From an uncultured Spirochaetota bacterium (GTDB lineage: Bacteria; Spirochaetota; Spirochaetia; SZUA-6; Fen-1364), in NCBI GenBank assembly GCA_963845535.1, contig CAWJSK010000011.1, forward strand, positions 29,551-93,550: DNA of 64,000 bases. The letters run 5' to 3'. Position numbers and translations under genes: made by a program. Below the pieces are notes generated by a model that was not told the DNA's origin, made no database searches, and worked only from the letters and a program-made list of their open reading frames with translations. Below are positions 36,422 through 46,815 of this stretch, piece after piece. Positions within the stretch are counted from its first letter, which is position 1, and each line of letters begins with the position of its first letter.

Positions 36422-39400
36422 ATGAAAATGTGGGGTTCTGTGCGAACACATAGCCTGAAAGCCCTCGCACTAGCAGCATGCCTCCTGATTCTGCCCGTGG
36501 TTTCCGCGCTCTGCGGAGGGCAGCGCGAAGCCAGCCTGTCCGAGGTCCAGCAGCTCATCGCGCAGCTTGACTATCCCGCGGCGCTCAAGCTCCTGGCCAA
36601 GATCCAGCGGGAGCACCCCGACCAGCGCGACGAAACGCAGCGACTCATCATACAGATCATTTCTAACCAGGGACGGGAGTACAACCAGGTCATGGCTCAG
36701 CTCATCCACGTCCTCTATGACGAGCAGGACACGGAAAAGGCGCTCCCGCTCATCAATACGCTCGGCAAGCTCGACCCGTACAGGTCGGTCGAAGAGACGA
36801 GCAGGTCGCTCGCATACGTGAAGTTCCTGAAGCTCATGGATTCCGCGGCTGTCCTTCTGGCCAAGGGGCGCATCCCCGAGGCCATCGATACCTACCTTCT
36901 GCCCATCACGGACCCGGGGAGGGCGGGTTTCGACCTGGAGAAATCCCTTTTCGATGCCTCGGGGTACGGAGATCTTGCTGCGGCAAGCGTTCGCGGCACC
37001 GTGGCCAGAATAACGGATTCCGCTTCGCGGGCCCGAAATGAAGCCTCGTCCCTGGAGAGCGTGCAGGCCGCCCTCGCACGTTCCGTGAGCGCCCCGGCGA
37101 ACGCTCAGAGCGTGGACAAATGGGATGAAACGGTTTCCGCTCTGGAGGCAGCGCGCCAACGGGAAGGGTCGATACTGGCGGCTGAGAAGTCTCTCGAAGC
37201 GTTGGATAAAACGTTGGCGGAAGGCTCGCTCGAGGGCAGGGGCTCGTCATACGTGCGGTACCTTGAAATGTTGTGCAGCGGCCGAAAGGGCAAGCCACCA
37301 GAAGGGATTGCCCAGGCCATTCGGGATCTGTGGGCACCGGGCGCCGAGTCCGCGGCAGATGCCGCCGCGGTGGCCGCGGCATCTGATTACTCGGCCGGCG
37401 TGAAACTGTTCGACTCCGGGGACTTTGCCGGCGCGGACCCGAAGCTCCAGGACGCCTACTACCATGCCATTCTGGCCGTCAAGGCAGCCTCGTTTTCCGG
37501 AAGCGACCTTCAACTGACGCCTTCATGGTCCTTCTCTCCCCCCGACTCGGCCCGCGTGCCGGCGCTGCTCGAAAAAGTAATACAGGACCAGGAGATGGCA
37601 GCCGAAGCGGATTCTCTGCGTTCGCTCATCACAATGGAGAAAGCCGCCCAGGCCCTGCCCGCGGATGCGTCGCTGCCTGCTCCCGCCCTCCTGTCCGCCC
37701 GGACGCAGACGCTGGCGTTGCGTGACCAGTCCATTGCCCGGCGCAAGGAATGGAACTCCCGCGCCGCTTTGCTGGTCCAACAGCAAGAGACAGGCCCGAA
37801 CCTGGGTCCGCAGATCGAGGCGGCAAGCGCAATGGCGGCGCGGTTCGACTCTTTCACGGACCGGCTTTCCCAGAAAGACCTCGGGTACGCGGTGGCCCTT
37901 GCGCGCGGTGAGGCCTCGCAGTTCGATGCGCGCCTTGCGGAGGTGGACACGCAGCGTACGAACGGCCAGGACAGGTTGAACGGGACTGTGAACGGCAAGC
38001 AGCCGGCCCAGGACGCCTTTGTCCAGAGAAAGCCCGGGGAAGCGCTTCAGCTCTTCATCAATGCCGTAGCGGCGCTGGATCAGCTCCAGGCGGATATGGC
38101 TTCCTGGAGAGCGAAATTGAGCTCAGACAGCGCGTACGTTTCCTCCAGCGCCTCGATTGCGGAGGTCCTCACGGGCGCGGCCGGCACGGAGTCGAAGATC
38201 AAGACGGAGGCGAGCGAGCTGTCCCGCCTCACGGAGCTGGCCGAACAACAACACGAGGTTGCCCTTACCAAGCGCAAGGAAGCGGACCTCGCTTTCGCGG
38301 ACGCCACCCGGGCGTTTGCGGCCAAGCAGTATGACGGCGCAAAGCTCCAGCTGGGGGACGCCCGGGATCTGTACCTGGATTCGCTCCTCATGGAGGAGGA
38401 CGCCGCGGTGCGCAAGCGGTACACGGTGGAGATCCCGGCGCTGATCGACAAGATCAACAACACGATCGTTGATCAGTACATCGCGGAGGTCGATGTCCAG
38501 GTGAATGCGGGCCGATCGTTGTTTTCCCAGGGGGAGTTCCTCAAGTCCTTCCTCATCCTTGAGACCGCGCAGACGCGATGGAAAGCGACCTTGGGAGACA
38601 GGCCGAACACCGACCTGAACGCCCTCTTGGAAAAGGTCCGCAACGCACTACGGGTGAGCGGCGGACGCGACCTTGCCCCGGATGACTCCCGAGCCCCAGC
38701 GGTCAACGGTTTTCTCAACCTCGCAAATGACAAGGTTGCCCGCGCCGACAAGATGGCGAAGAATGATCCTCGAAGGAAGCAGCTCCTCGATGACGCGTAC
38801 GCCAACGTCATGTCCGCGCTCGACGTGGCCCCCGTCTATCGCACGGCCAAGGCGCTTCAGTTGCGCATCCGCAAGCTGGAGGCGAAGGATGACGCCGCCT
38901 TCCGGGCTGAAGCAAAGGCAGAGATCGATTCGATCATTGAGGAATACCACGCCAAAAAGGGCCAGCCGGAGAGGCTGTATTTCGCGCTCAAGGACTATGA
39001 GGACATCCTGCCCGACTATCAACCCCTGCAGAGCGCCGTCCAGGAGCTGGAAGTCAGCCTGGGTTTCCGCATACGCCCGCCCTCAGCAGCCGACATATCC
39101 CGCTCGAACGATCTGTTTGTCCAGGCCCAGACGCTGTATGACCCAGCCAACCAGCTGACGTATGATCCGGCGCTGGGTGACCTGGATACGGCCATCAGGC
39201 TCAACCCAGGCAACGCCCGGGCCGTGGCGCTCCGACGAACCATCCTTCTCAAGGAGGGCAGCTCGGAGGCCAGCGCCATCTCCCCGGCCAGTCTGGCCCA
39301 GTTCGCCGAAGGCAGACGCCTCTACATCAATGAAGACTATGCCGGTTCGTTCGAGATCCTTAAAGGGCTGATGGCGGACAAGCATAACGCGAGTTATCCG

Positions 39401-39448
39401 CCCCTGAAGCAGCTGTACTCACTGGCAAAGCAGAAAACGGGGTTGTAA
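36422..39448 (+). CDS. large secreted TPR/coiled-coil protein
   Basis: Signal peptide (ALALAACLLILPVVSAL), all-alpha, TPR motifs; start 36422, 36428 or 36440. The upstream ORF extension through the repeat is spurious. Confidence 0.8.
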   Translation: MKMWGSVRTHSLKALALAACLLILPVVSALCGGQREASLSEVQQLIAQLDYPAALKLLAKIQREHPDQRDETQRLIIQIISNQGREYNQVMAQLIHVLYDEQDTEKALPLINTLGKLDPYRSVEETSRSLAYVKFLKLMDSAAVLLAKGRIPEAIDTYLLPITDPGRAGFDLEKSLFDASGYGDLAAASVRGTVARITDSASRARNEASSLESVQAALARSVSAPANAQSVDKWDETVSALEAARQREGSILAAEKSLEALDKTLAEGSLEGRGSSYVRYLEMLCSGRKGKPPEGIAQAIRDLWAPGAESAADAAAVAAASDYSAGVKLFDSGDFAGADPKLQDAYYHAILAVKAASFSGSDLQLTPSWSFSPPDSARVPALLEKVIQDQEMAAEADSLRSLITMEKAAQALPADASLPAPALLSARTQTLALRDQSIARRKEWNSRAALLVQQQETGPNLGPQIEAASAMAARFDSFTDRLSQKDLGYAVALARGEASQFDARLAEVDTQRTNGQDRLNGTVNGKQPAQDAFVQRKPGEALQLFINAVAALDQLQADMASWRAKLSSDSAYVSSSASIAEVLTGAAGTESKIKTEASELSRLTELAEQQHEVALTKRKEADLAFADATRAFAAKQYDGAKLQLGDARDLYLDSLLMEEDAAVRKRYTVEIPALIDKINNTIVDQYIAEVDVQVNAGRSLFSQGEFLKSFLILETAQTRWKATLGDRPNTDLNALLEKVRNALRVSGGRDLAPDDSRAPAVNGFLNLANDKVARADKMAKNDPRRKQLLDDAYANVMSALDVAPVYRTAKALQLRIRKLEAKDDAAFRAEAKAEIDSIIEEYHAKKGQPERLYFALKDYEDILPDYQPLQSAVQELEVSLGFRIRPPSAADISRSNDLFVQAQTLYDPANQLTYDPALGDLDTAIRLNPGNARAVALRRTILLKEGSSEASAISPASLAQFAEGRRLYINEDYAGSFEILKGLMADKHNASYPPLKQLYSLAKQKTGL

Positions 39449-42400
39449 TGAGAGGACGCGTTCGGATATGGCTCCTGCTGCTCGCCATTCTTCCCGTCCT
39501 GCCTTTGGCCGGCCAGGACATCTTCTGGGAGAGACCCCAGGTCTTCCCGGACCAGCAAGTCCGGTTTTCCAGCTCATTCGCGGGGGACGGACGGATGGCC
39601 GTGGCCTGGGAGGAAATCGTTCCGCAAACCGGAGGCAGCGGAGCAATCTACCTCTCCCTGGGGATGAGCACCGACGGCCAGTCCTGGACGTGGCACCGAC
39701 GCTTTTTCGGACCTGTCCAGTACAGCGGGCTGGAGCCCGGGTCTGAGCCGCTCGTCTACTCCATGGTCATCGACCGTGAGGGAAGGATCCTTGTTGCCGT
39801 GACCTCGGCGGAGCGGGAGGTCACGGTCCTGGCGTCCTCGGATTCGGCGCTGACGTTCGTACCGGTGGCGCATATTTCCTCCCAACAGTCCATCGTTGCC
39901 CCGAGTCTTTTTCTGACGGACGGAGGGAGGTTCCTTCTTTTCGCCACCCAGGCCGCCGGCAATCGAACCAGTCTCTCCCTTGCCTGGAGCTCGTCCCCTG
40001 ACGGGCTTTCCTGGACCACGTTTTCCCCGTTTGTCGCCCCTGGTGAGCCGGGGGACGGAATCCAGCTCCAGCCGGATCACGTCAGCTCCCACGGACGGGA
40101 GGTCGTGGTCTTCCAGTCGCAGAAACCGGGGACGGACAATTACCAGGTATTCCTCAAGGAGAGCCTTGACGGCGGGGAAACCTGGCTGCCGGCACGGGCT
40201 GTCACCGGGCTTCCCGGCTTCGCGGAGAAGGTGGGCGACACCGAGTACAAACCGGAAAACTTCACCAACCAGAGACCCCGTATCGCCGTGGTCGGAGACG
40301 CGTTGGGCCTGGCCTGGGAGCGGGCGCTCGAGGGAAGAGCGACATCGAACCTGTACTATTGCGAGCTGGACCAGAACGGGACCGTGACAACGCCAGTAGC
40401 GCCTGTGGATCCGACCGCAGGAACGCTTTTTGCCCAGGTCATTCCCTTTGCATCCCGAGAGTTTCTCCTGTACGAGCAGAGCGCCGCGGGCGCCTATCGA
40501 GTGATCCTCTCGGAGAAGGACAACGGCTGGAGCCCGGAGGTCCTCGGCCGTGGGCTTGCCGGAAGCTCACAGTTCCCCCACGCGGTCGTGTTCAAGGGGT
40601 CCTTGTACGTTTTCTGGGAAGTCAAGGGGGCATCGACATCACAGCTCGTTTCCCTTCGTCCGAAGACGTCGGTTGCATCGCCAGCTCTCGTCCCCGTGGG
40701 TTTCCAGTCCGGCGCCCCGGTCCGCGCCGACGTTGCAACGGTCCGCTGGAAACAGCCGGATGACTCGGTGGGCATAGAGCTCTATGACGTCACGGTCACC
40801 AACGGTGATTCCGTTGTCGAAAGGAAGAGGCTCACCGCCGACACCCCCGATATGACGTTCACCCGCCAGGTCACCAAGGACGGCACCTGGCGGATCGCCG
40901 TGGTGGCGCAGGATATCGCGCACAACCGCTCAAAGCCGGCATTCGTGGACTTCGTGCGAAAGACGAGCCCGCCGCGGCCCGTCGTCATTGCCGAGCTGCC
41001 GACGGACGAGTCGGGATTCCTTCCCTCCAACTCGTTCACCGTGAGCTGGAGCCCGTCTCCGGACAAAGACGTTGTGGGCTATACGTGGGAGGAGCAGAGA
41101 GTCGCCGCTTCCGCGGCGGAGTACGAGGCCAACAGGGTAAAGCTGCTGTCACCGCCGCCACGGCCCGTGACAACGGAGACTTCCGCCACGTTCAGCAACC
41201 TGGAGAACGGGGTCCACACGTTCACCGTGGAGGCAATCGACGACGCCGGCAACGTCAGCGAGCCGGCCACGGTCGTGCTCAACTTGAACAGGTTCAAGGC
41301 TTTCACCGCCATCTACGCCGTGCTTTCCACGACCGATGATGCGGGCAACGTCCAGCTCACCCTTCGCGGGAAAGGGTTCATAACCAACGGGGCCGTTCAA
41401 TCGGTGTTTCTCTCCCAGAAGGGATCACCTCCGTTCGATCGGGAGTACACGGAGGGAGCGGGCGGGTTCTCCGTGGTGAGTGACACGCAGATCACCGGAC
41501 CCTTGCTGGACAATACGGTCCCGTCCGGCTCGTACCTCGTCGGACTGATCCAGACCTCGGGCAAGACCTACATCTGGCCTGGAGGGAGGATCCCCTTCGA
41601 AGGAGGGACCGGCAAAACGGGCAACCTCAGCGCCCTCCTCCCGCGCTGGATTGGAGGCGGCGCGCCCCGCTACGGCGCGCCGTTCAACCGGCTGGTCGTC
41701 CTGCTCGTGGTGGCCTTGCTCGCCGCGGTCGGCCTGCTCTCCGCGCGGAAGATGGTGGCCGTGGCGCAGGAAGGGGCTCAGATTCGTGGCGAGGTCTTGG
41801 CCCTCCTGGAGGGCAGACCGTCTGCCGCCTGGGAGGAAAGGAAAACGAGAATGAAAGAGCTGCAACGGAAAGGCGTGGGCCTCCGACTCAAGTTCACCCT
41901 CCTCATGGTCGTCCTGGTGACGATCATCGTCCTGATCGTGTCGGTCCCCCTGGGCGTGCAGATGATCGGCCAGCAAAGCCAGTCCCTGGCTGACGGCCTT
42001 GAAAAGCGCACTCGGCTCCTCATTGGCACCATTGCGGCCAGCGCGGAAGCGGAGATACGAAAAGGGACTGCCAACGGCGGAGACATCGGCATTTCGAGCG
42101 TCCCTGACATCATCAAGCCCATGGAGGAAGCCCGTTTCACCACCATCACCGGTCCCGCGGACTCGCTTCGGTTCCCCGACACCCCTGCGCGGGATTTTGT
42201 CTGGGCGAGCAACAGCGACGAATGGAAGAAGCGCAAGGCCGCGGGGACGTTCGAAGTGGCCATGGAGCAGGAAAAGGACGCGCTATCCGCCCAGGTGGTG
42301 GCCGAATTGCAGAAGCGCATCAACGACGCCGCGCCGCGCAGCCTCGCTGCCGAGCTTGATGATTGGAAAAAGGCGCGGGACCGCTACCAGGAGCTGGATG

Positions 42401-44098
42401 CAATGCGAAACCGCACGCCGCAGCAACAGGCCGAGTATGCCGGCATCCTGCGCGACCTTCCCAAGAAGATCACCAACATCGACTCCGCCTTGAAGACGCT
42501 GCCGGAAAACGACGTGTACAGCGAACCGCGCTTCGACCCCCACAAGGCTCTTGCCCCGCGCTATCTCTTCTACAAGCCCATCGTGTATTTCGTCCCCGCT
42601 GACAGGTCCTTCTACCAGGGCCTCGTGCGCCTGGACGTCGATACCACAGCCATAACGAGGCAGATCGCGGCATCCACCTACAGCCTGATCAGGAGCACAG
42701 CGCTTATTGCCCTCCTGGCCATCGCGCTGGGAATCCTCGGTGCGGTCATCATGGCCAATATCACCGTCACGCCCATCCGGAGGCTGGCGCGGGGAGTGGA
42801 GGTGATCCGCGACACGGAGGACAAAGAAGAGCTGAAAGGCCACACCATCAACGTGCGGACCCGCGACGAGATCGGCGTACTGGCCGACACGGTGAATGCC
42901 ATGACGCGTGGGCTGGTGGAGGCCGCTGCCGCGAACAAGATGCTGCTCGTGGGGAAGGACGTGCAGAAGATGTTTCTGCCGCTGGTCAAGGACAAGGACA
43001 ACAGGACCAGCAACACAGCGGAGCAGGAAAACAAAGACGTCGTGATCTTCGGCTACTACGAAGGCGCAAAGGGGGTGTCGGGGGACTACTTCGACATCAA
43101 GAAGCTCGATGACACGCATTACGCGATGATCAAATGCGATGTTGCCGGCAAGGGAGTGCCGGCGGCGCTCATCATGGTCGAGGTCGCCACGCTCTTCATC
43201 AACCATTTTCGGGACTGGTTGAAGCGAAAGCAACAGATCCTGAAGATCGCGGACCCCAAGGAGAGGCAGACCGCCCTGCGCGCGCTCGAGAGGGTGGACT
43301 CTCTGGTGTCGACGATCAACGACATGGTCGAAGAGCGCGGATTCGTGGGCCGATTTGCCGCCCTTGCGGTGTGCATCTACGACTCGGCCGCCGGCGAGCT
43401 CAGCTATTGCCATGCCGGCGACAACATCCTCCACACGTTCCGGGCCGCGGAGCGCCGTATGATCCACAAGGAGCTTCCCCGGGCCCCCGCCGCGGGAGTT
43501 TTCCAGTCCGCGGACATGCCGGTTCCGTACGCGCAAGTCATCCACAGGCTCGAGCGGGGGGACACCTTCTTCCTCTACACGGACGGTCTGGAGGAGGCGG
43601 AGCGGAACCTTCGCAACGCGCAATTCGAGATCACCCCGTGCGACGAACCGGGGCTTTCGGACGGAGAAGAGCATCTTGGCACTCATAAGAAGGGCGAGAC
43701 TCACGAAGACTTCGGCCGGGAGCGCATCGACGGCATCATCAACGCCGTTTTCAACAAAAGTCACTACCGACTGGTCCGCAGCCACAATCCCATCGAGAAC
43801 GAGGAGCTGGATTTCGATTTTTCCACGTGCACGGGAAGCGTGAAGGAGGCAGTCCTTGCCCTTGTTGCCGTGGAGAAGGTCTACCGCATGATTCCCGACC
43901 CTAACGCCGGGCTCCAGAACAGGGTCATGGTCGACGCAAAAGTGACGGAGTTCCTGAAGCAGAGTTTCGTCCAGTACGCCCGCTACTTCTCTCACCCGGT
44001 CGAGGGCCAGCAGGTTCCCGGCTCATGTGACATTCACGCATGCGCGGGAGGACGAGCAATACGATGACTTGACTCTGCTCGTGATCCGAAGGAAGTGA
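39448..44098 (+). CDS. membrane sensor PP2C/SpoIIE phosphatase: Asp-box beta-propeller + FN3/Ig + 3 TM + HAMP + PP2C; +1 frameshift near 44018
   Basis: Asp-boxes STDGQSW, SPDGLSW and SLDGGETW; HAMP PIRRL...RDEIGVLA..VNAM; PP2C VSGDYFD, DVAGKG and LYTDG; final motif EDEQYDDLTLLVIRRK lies in the +1 frame ending TGA 44098. Confidence 0.88.
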
Positions 44099-44130
44099 CG
44101 TGCCGATACAGGAGACATGAGGGTCCAATC

Positions 44131-45342
44131 ATGAGAAGGATGCTTTGTGCGGCGGTGCTCGCTGCGGCGGTCAGCTCACTGGGCTTTGCCCAGGGGGCCA
44201 GCGTAACGATCCAGAACGAGGAAGGATCCACGTTCTACTACTCTGTGGACCCGCAAGAGCTTGCCCAGGTGACTCCGGGGAGCCCGCTTGCGGCTACCAG
44301 AGTCGCTGAGTTCTTTGCCGCCCAGGCGGACCAGCCCCAATTCACCGCGCTGGCCCCCGGCGCCCAGGCGAGCCTGACGGGGCTTTCCGACGGCGCGCAC
44401 CTGCTGGTGGGGTTCTTCGCGGTGGACAACCAGGATGCTTTTCCGGTCCGGCTGATCACGCTCCAGGCGGACAGCAGCATGGGGGACCGGTTCTACTCCA
44501 TCTACGGCAGCCCCGCCCTGGTGCAGGCAACCCGAGGAGTGGGAAGGCTGGCCCAGTTTGCGGGCTCTTCCGCACCTGAGCAGGCGGCCGCGCAAAACGC
44601 GCCTCCGGCGGAGGCGCAGGCGCCCACGGCGGCCGCGCCGCAAGCCGCGCAGCCGCAGGCTGCAGCGCCTGCTGCTTCACCGGCGGAGACCGCAGCGCCT
44701 TCCCCAGCGTCAGCGGCGCCCTCCGCCGCGCCGGCCGCACCAGAAGCGGGGGCCGTGACGCAGGCCGCGGCGCAGGCGGGTAACGCAACTCCCGCGGCAG
44801 CCATCCCCATTGCCTCTTTTTCTCCGAGCTACAACCCCGCGTATTTCACGCGCGAAACCAAGGGAGACTTCTCGGTCCAACCCATCGCGGACTCCCGCAC
44901 CTGGAACCTCGCGGGCACCCATATCGCTTCGCTTTCCGCGAGCATCAACGAAGGGGTTTTGACGGTGACCCTCGCCTCCAGTGACGATTTCTCCCCGAAC
45001 GTTTCGTATTTCATCTACGCCTTTACGACGCGCGCGCCAGGGGCAACCGCCGTTTTCACCCTGGAGCTTCGACCGCGCGCGCTGCCTGACCGGGGCGCCT
45101 GCATCCTGTGGATGAACGAGCAGGGAACGGCGACTCCGGTAATTTTCGGCTCGGTAAAAGTGGATGGAAAGACTGCCACGCTGGTGGCTGATCTGAAGGA
45201 TGAGCCGGCGTCCCTGGCGCAGGCGCTCTCCGGCGCGGGCTCCTTCGACCTCACCTCATGCTCTTTCGACACGAAGAGCGGCGTCTACGAGGAGTTCTAT
45301 TTCGCAACGGTTGCCGTGGCCGACATTCCCGTCACACGTTGA
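44131..45342 (+). CDS. secreted two-domain protein with Ala/Pro-rich linker
   Basis: Signal peptide ending GFAQ; long PAAA linker. Confidence 0.75.
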   Translation: MRRMLCAAVLAAAVSSLGFAQGASVTIQNEEGSTFYYSVDPQELAQVTPGSPLAATRVAEFFAAQADQPQFTALAPGAQASLTGLSDGAHLLVGFFAVDNQDAFPVRLITLQADSSMGDRFYSIYGSPALVQATRGVGRLAQFAGSSAPEQAAAQNAPPAEAQAPTAAAPQAAQPQAAAPAASPAETAAPSPASAAPSAAPAAPEAGAVTQAAAQAGNATPAAAIPIASFSPSYNPAYFTRETKGDFSVQPIADSRTWNLAGTHIASLSASINEGVLTVTLASSDDFSPNVSYFIYAFTTRAPGATAVFTLELRPRALPDRGACILWMNEQGTATPVIFGSVKVDGKTATLVADLKDEPASLAQALSGAGSFDLTSCSFDTKSGVYEEFYFATVAVADIPVTR

Positions 45343-46382
45343 AGCGGATAAGGAGCACGTCGCCGTCTTTGACGATGTACTCCTTGCCCTCCAGGCGGAT
45401 TTTTCCGGCCTTCTTCGCCTTGGCAAAATCCCCGCCCTCAAGGACTTCCTTCCAGTCCGCCACCTCCGCGCGGATGAACCCTTTGGCCAGGTCGCTGTGG
45501 ATTTCTCCCGCCGCGGAAACCGCGGAAGAACCTTCCCGAATGCTCCAGGCCTTGCACTCGTCATCACCGACGGTGAAGAAGCTGACAAGATGGAGCGTCG
45601 AATAGACGTGTCGAAGGAACCTGTTCTTCGCCGGTTCGGAGAGCCCCAGGTCCTGGAGGAAATCCTTCTGATCCTGGGCGGGAAGCTGGGCGATCTCCAT
45701 CTCCATGTCCCCGCGGATGGGGAACACGTCCATGCCCATGGCAGTTGCCTCTGCCAGCAGGTCCTCATGCGCCACGGCCTTCTCACCGACGTTCACAACG
45801 ACAAAGAGCGGCTTGGCGGTCAGGAAGCCGAATCCGGCAAAAAGCTTCTCATCCTCACCGGAAAAGAAAGCGCTGCCCAGCGGCTTGCCGGCGCCGAGGC
45901 GCTCCACAATCTGCTGAAGGAGGTGGTACTCCCGGCTGTCCCGCTTCGCTTCCTTGTCCAACCGCGCGACGCGTTTTTCAGCAATCTCGTAATCCCCGAA
46001 GACCAGGGAATCCATGACCTTGCGCAGCTCGCGAAGCGGCGTGGCGGCCGCGAAAGGAAGAGGCACGGATTCGTTCTGGAAAGCCCGAACCACAATGGCA
46101 ATTGCGTCAGCTTTTCTGACGTCTGCAAGACCGGCCGGCAATGCCTCCGTCCTCATTGTGCTCCAGGGGAAGGTCCTTGAACAGCACCGTGGCGTGCGTG
46201 AGCTTCTTCGGGCTGTACAGGCCAGCAAGCTTATCCAGCCGCTCGTCCGGGACCCTCACTTCGGAAAGGTACGGCTGGCGCTTGCCCCCTCCGGCGTCTC
46301 CCGTCGGCGCTGACTGTCCGGTCAGGGCGTTGAAGATGGTGGTCTTCCCTGACCCGGCAAGACCAACGATGACTGTCTCCAT
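45332..46382 (-). CDS. ychF: YchF/Obg-family ATPase with TGS (DUF933) domain; frameshift near 46135-46170
   Basis: GLAGSGKTTIFNALT, VPDERL, FLTAKP, FFTVG, AAGEIHSDLAKGFIRAEV and EGKEYIVKDGD motifs. Confidence 0.88.
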
Positions 46383-46497
46383 GTCTTCTCCTGGGGCGCA
46401 GGTCCCTGTGCGCGTAAAGGTCACAAGCCGGCGGCTTGCGCGTTCGTGATGGCCACGGTATAACGAATACCGCCCGTCCTGGCAAGGTGATTCAGAG

Positions 46498-46812
46498 GTG
46501 AACGTGAAGGCTCGCTACTACTGTGGAAACTGCTCCCGAGAAGTCAGCTCGAACGCCGCCGTCTGTCCCTATTGCGGCAGCAGCTTCAGCGCCGTCCGCT
46601 GCCCGAAGTGCAGCTATGAAGGAAGGCCCGCGGAGTTCAGAGACGGGTGCCCGACATGCGGGTACATGATGAGCCAGGAAGTGCGCGTTACCGCTGCCCC
46701 GCCGCCGCGCAAGGAACGGCCGCCCATGTCCAGAACGTTCTATCGAATTGCCGGGCTCACACTCCTGGCGCTGTTCGCCGTCCTCATCGTTTTGCTCTTC
46801 ATCAGGCCGTAA
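46498..46812 (+). CDS. double zinc-ribbon protein with C-terminal TM
   Basis: CGNC, CPYC, CPKC and CPTC; hydrophobic C-terminus. Confidence 0.82.
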   Translation: MNVKARYYCGNCSREVSSNAAVCPYCGSSFSAVRCPKCSYEGRPAEFRDGCPTCGYMMSQEVRVTAAPPPRKERPPMSRTFYRIAGLTLLALFAVLIVLLFIRP

Positions 46813-46815
46813 GGC

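Noticed and set aside
36146..36451. N-terminal extensions of ORFs 36146..39448 and 34910..36451 through the repeat
   Set aside because: The 54-bp unit is a multiple of 3 and GC-rich, so frames stay open by chance; both signal peptides begin outside the repeat
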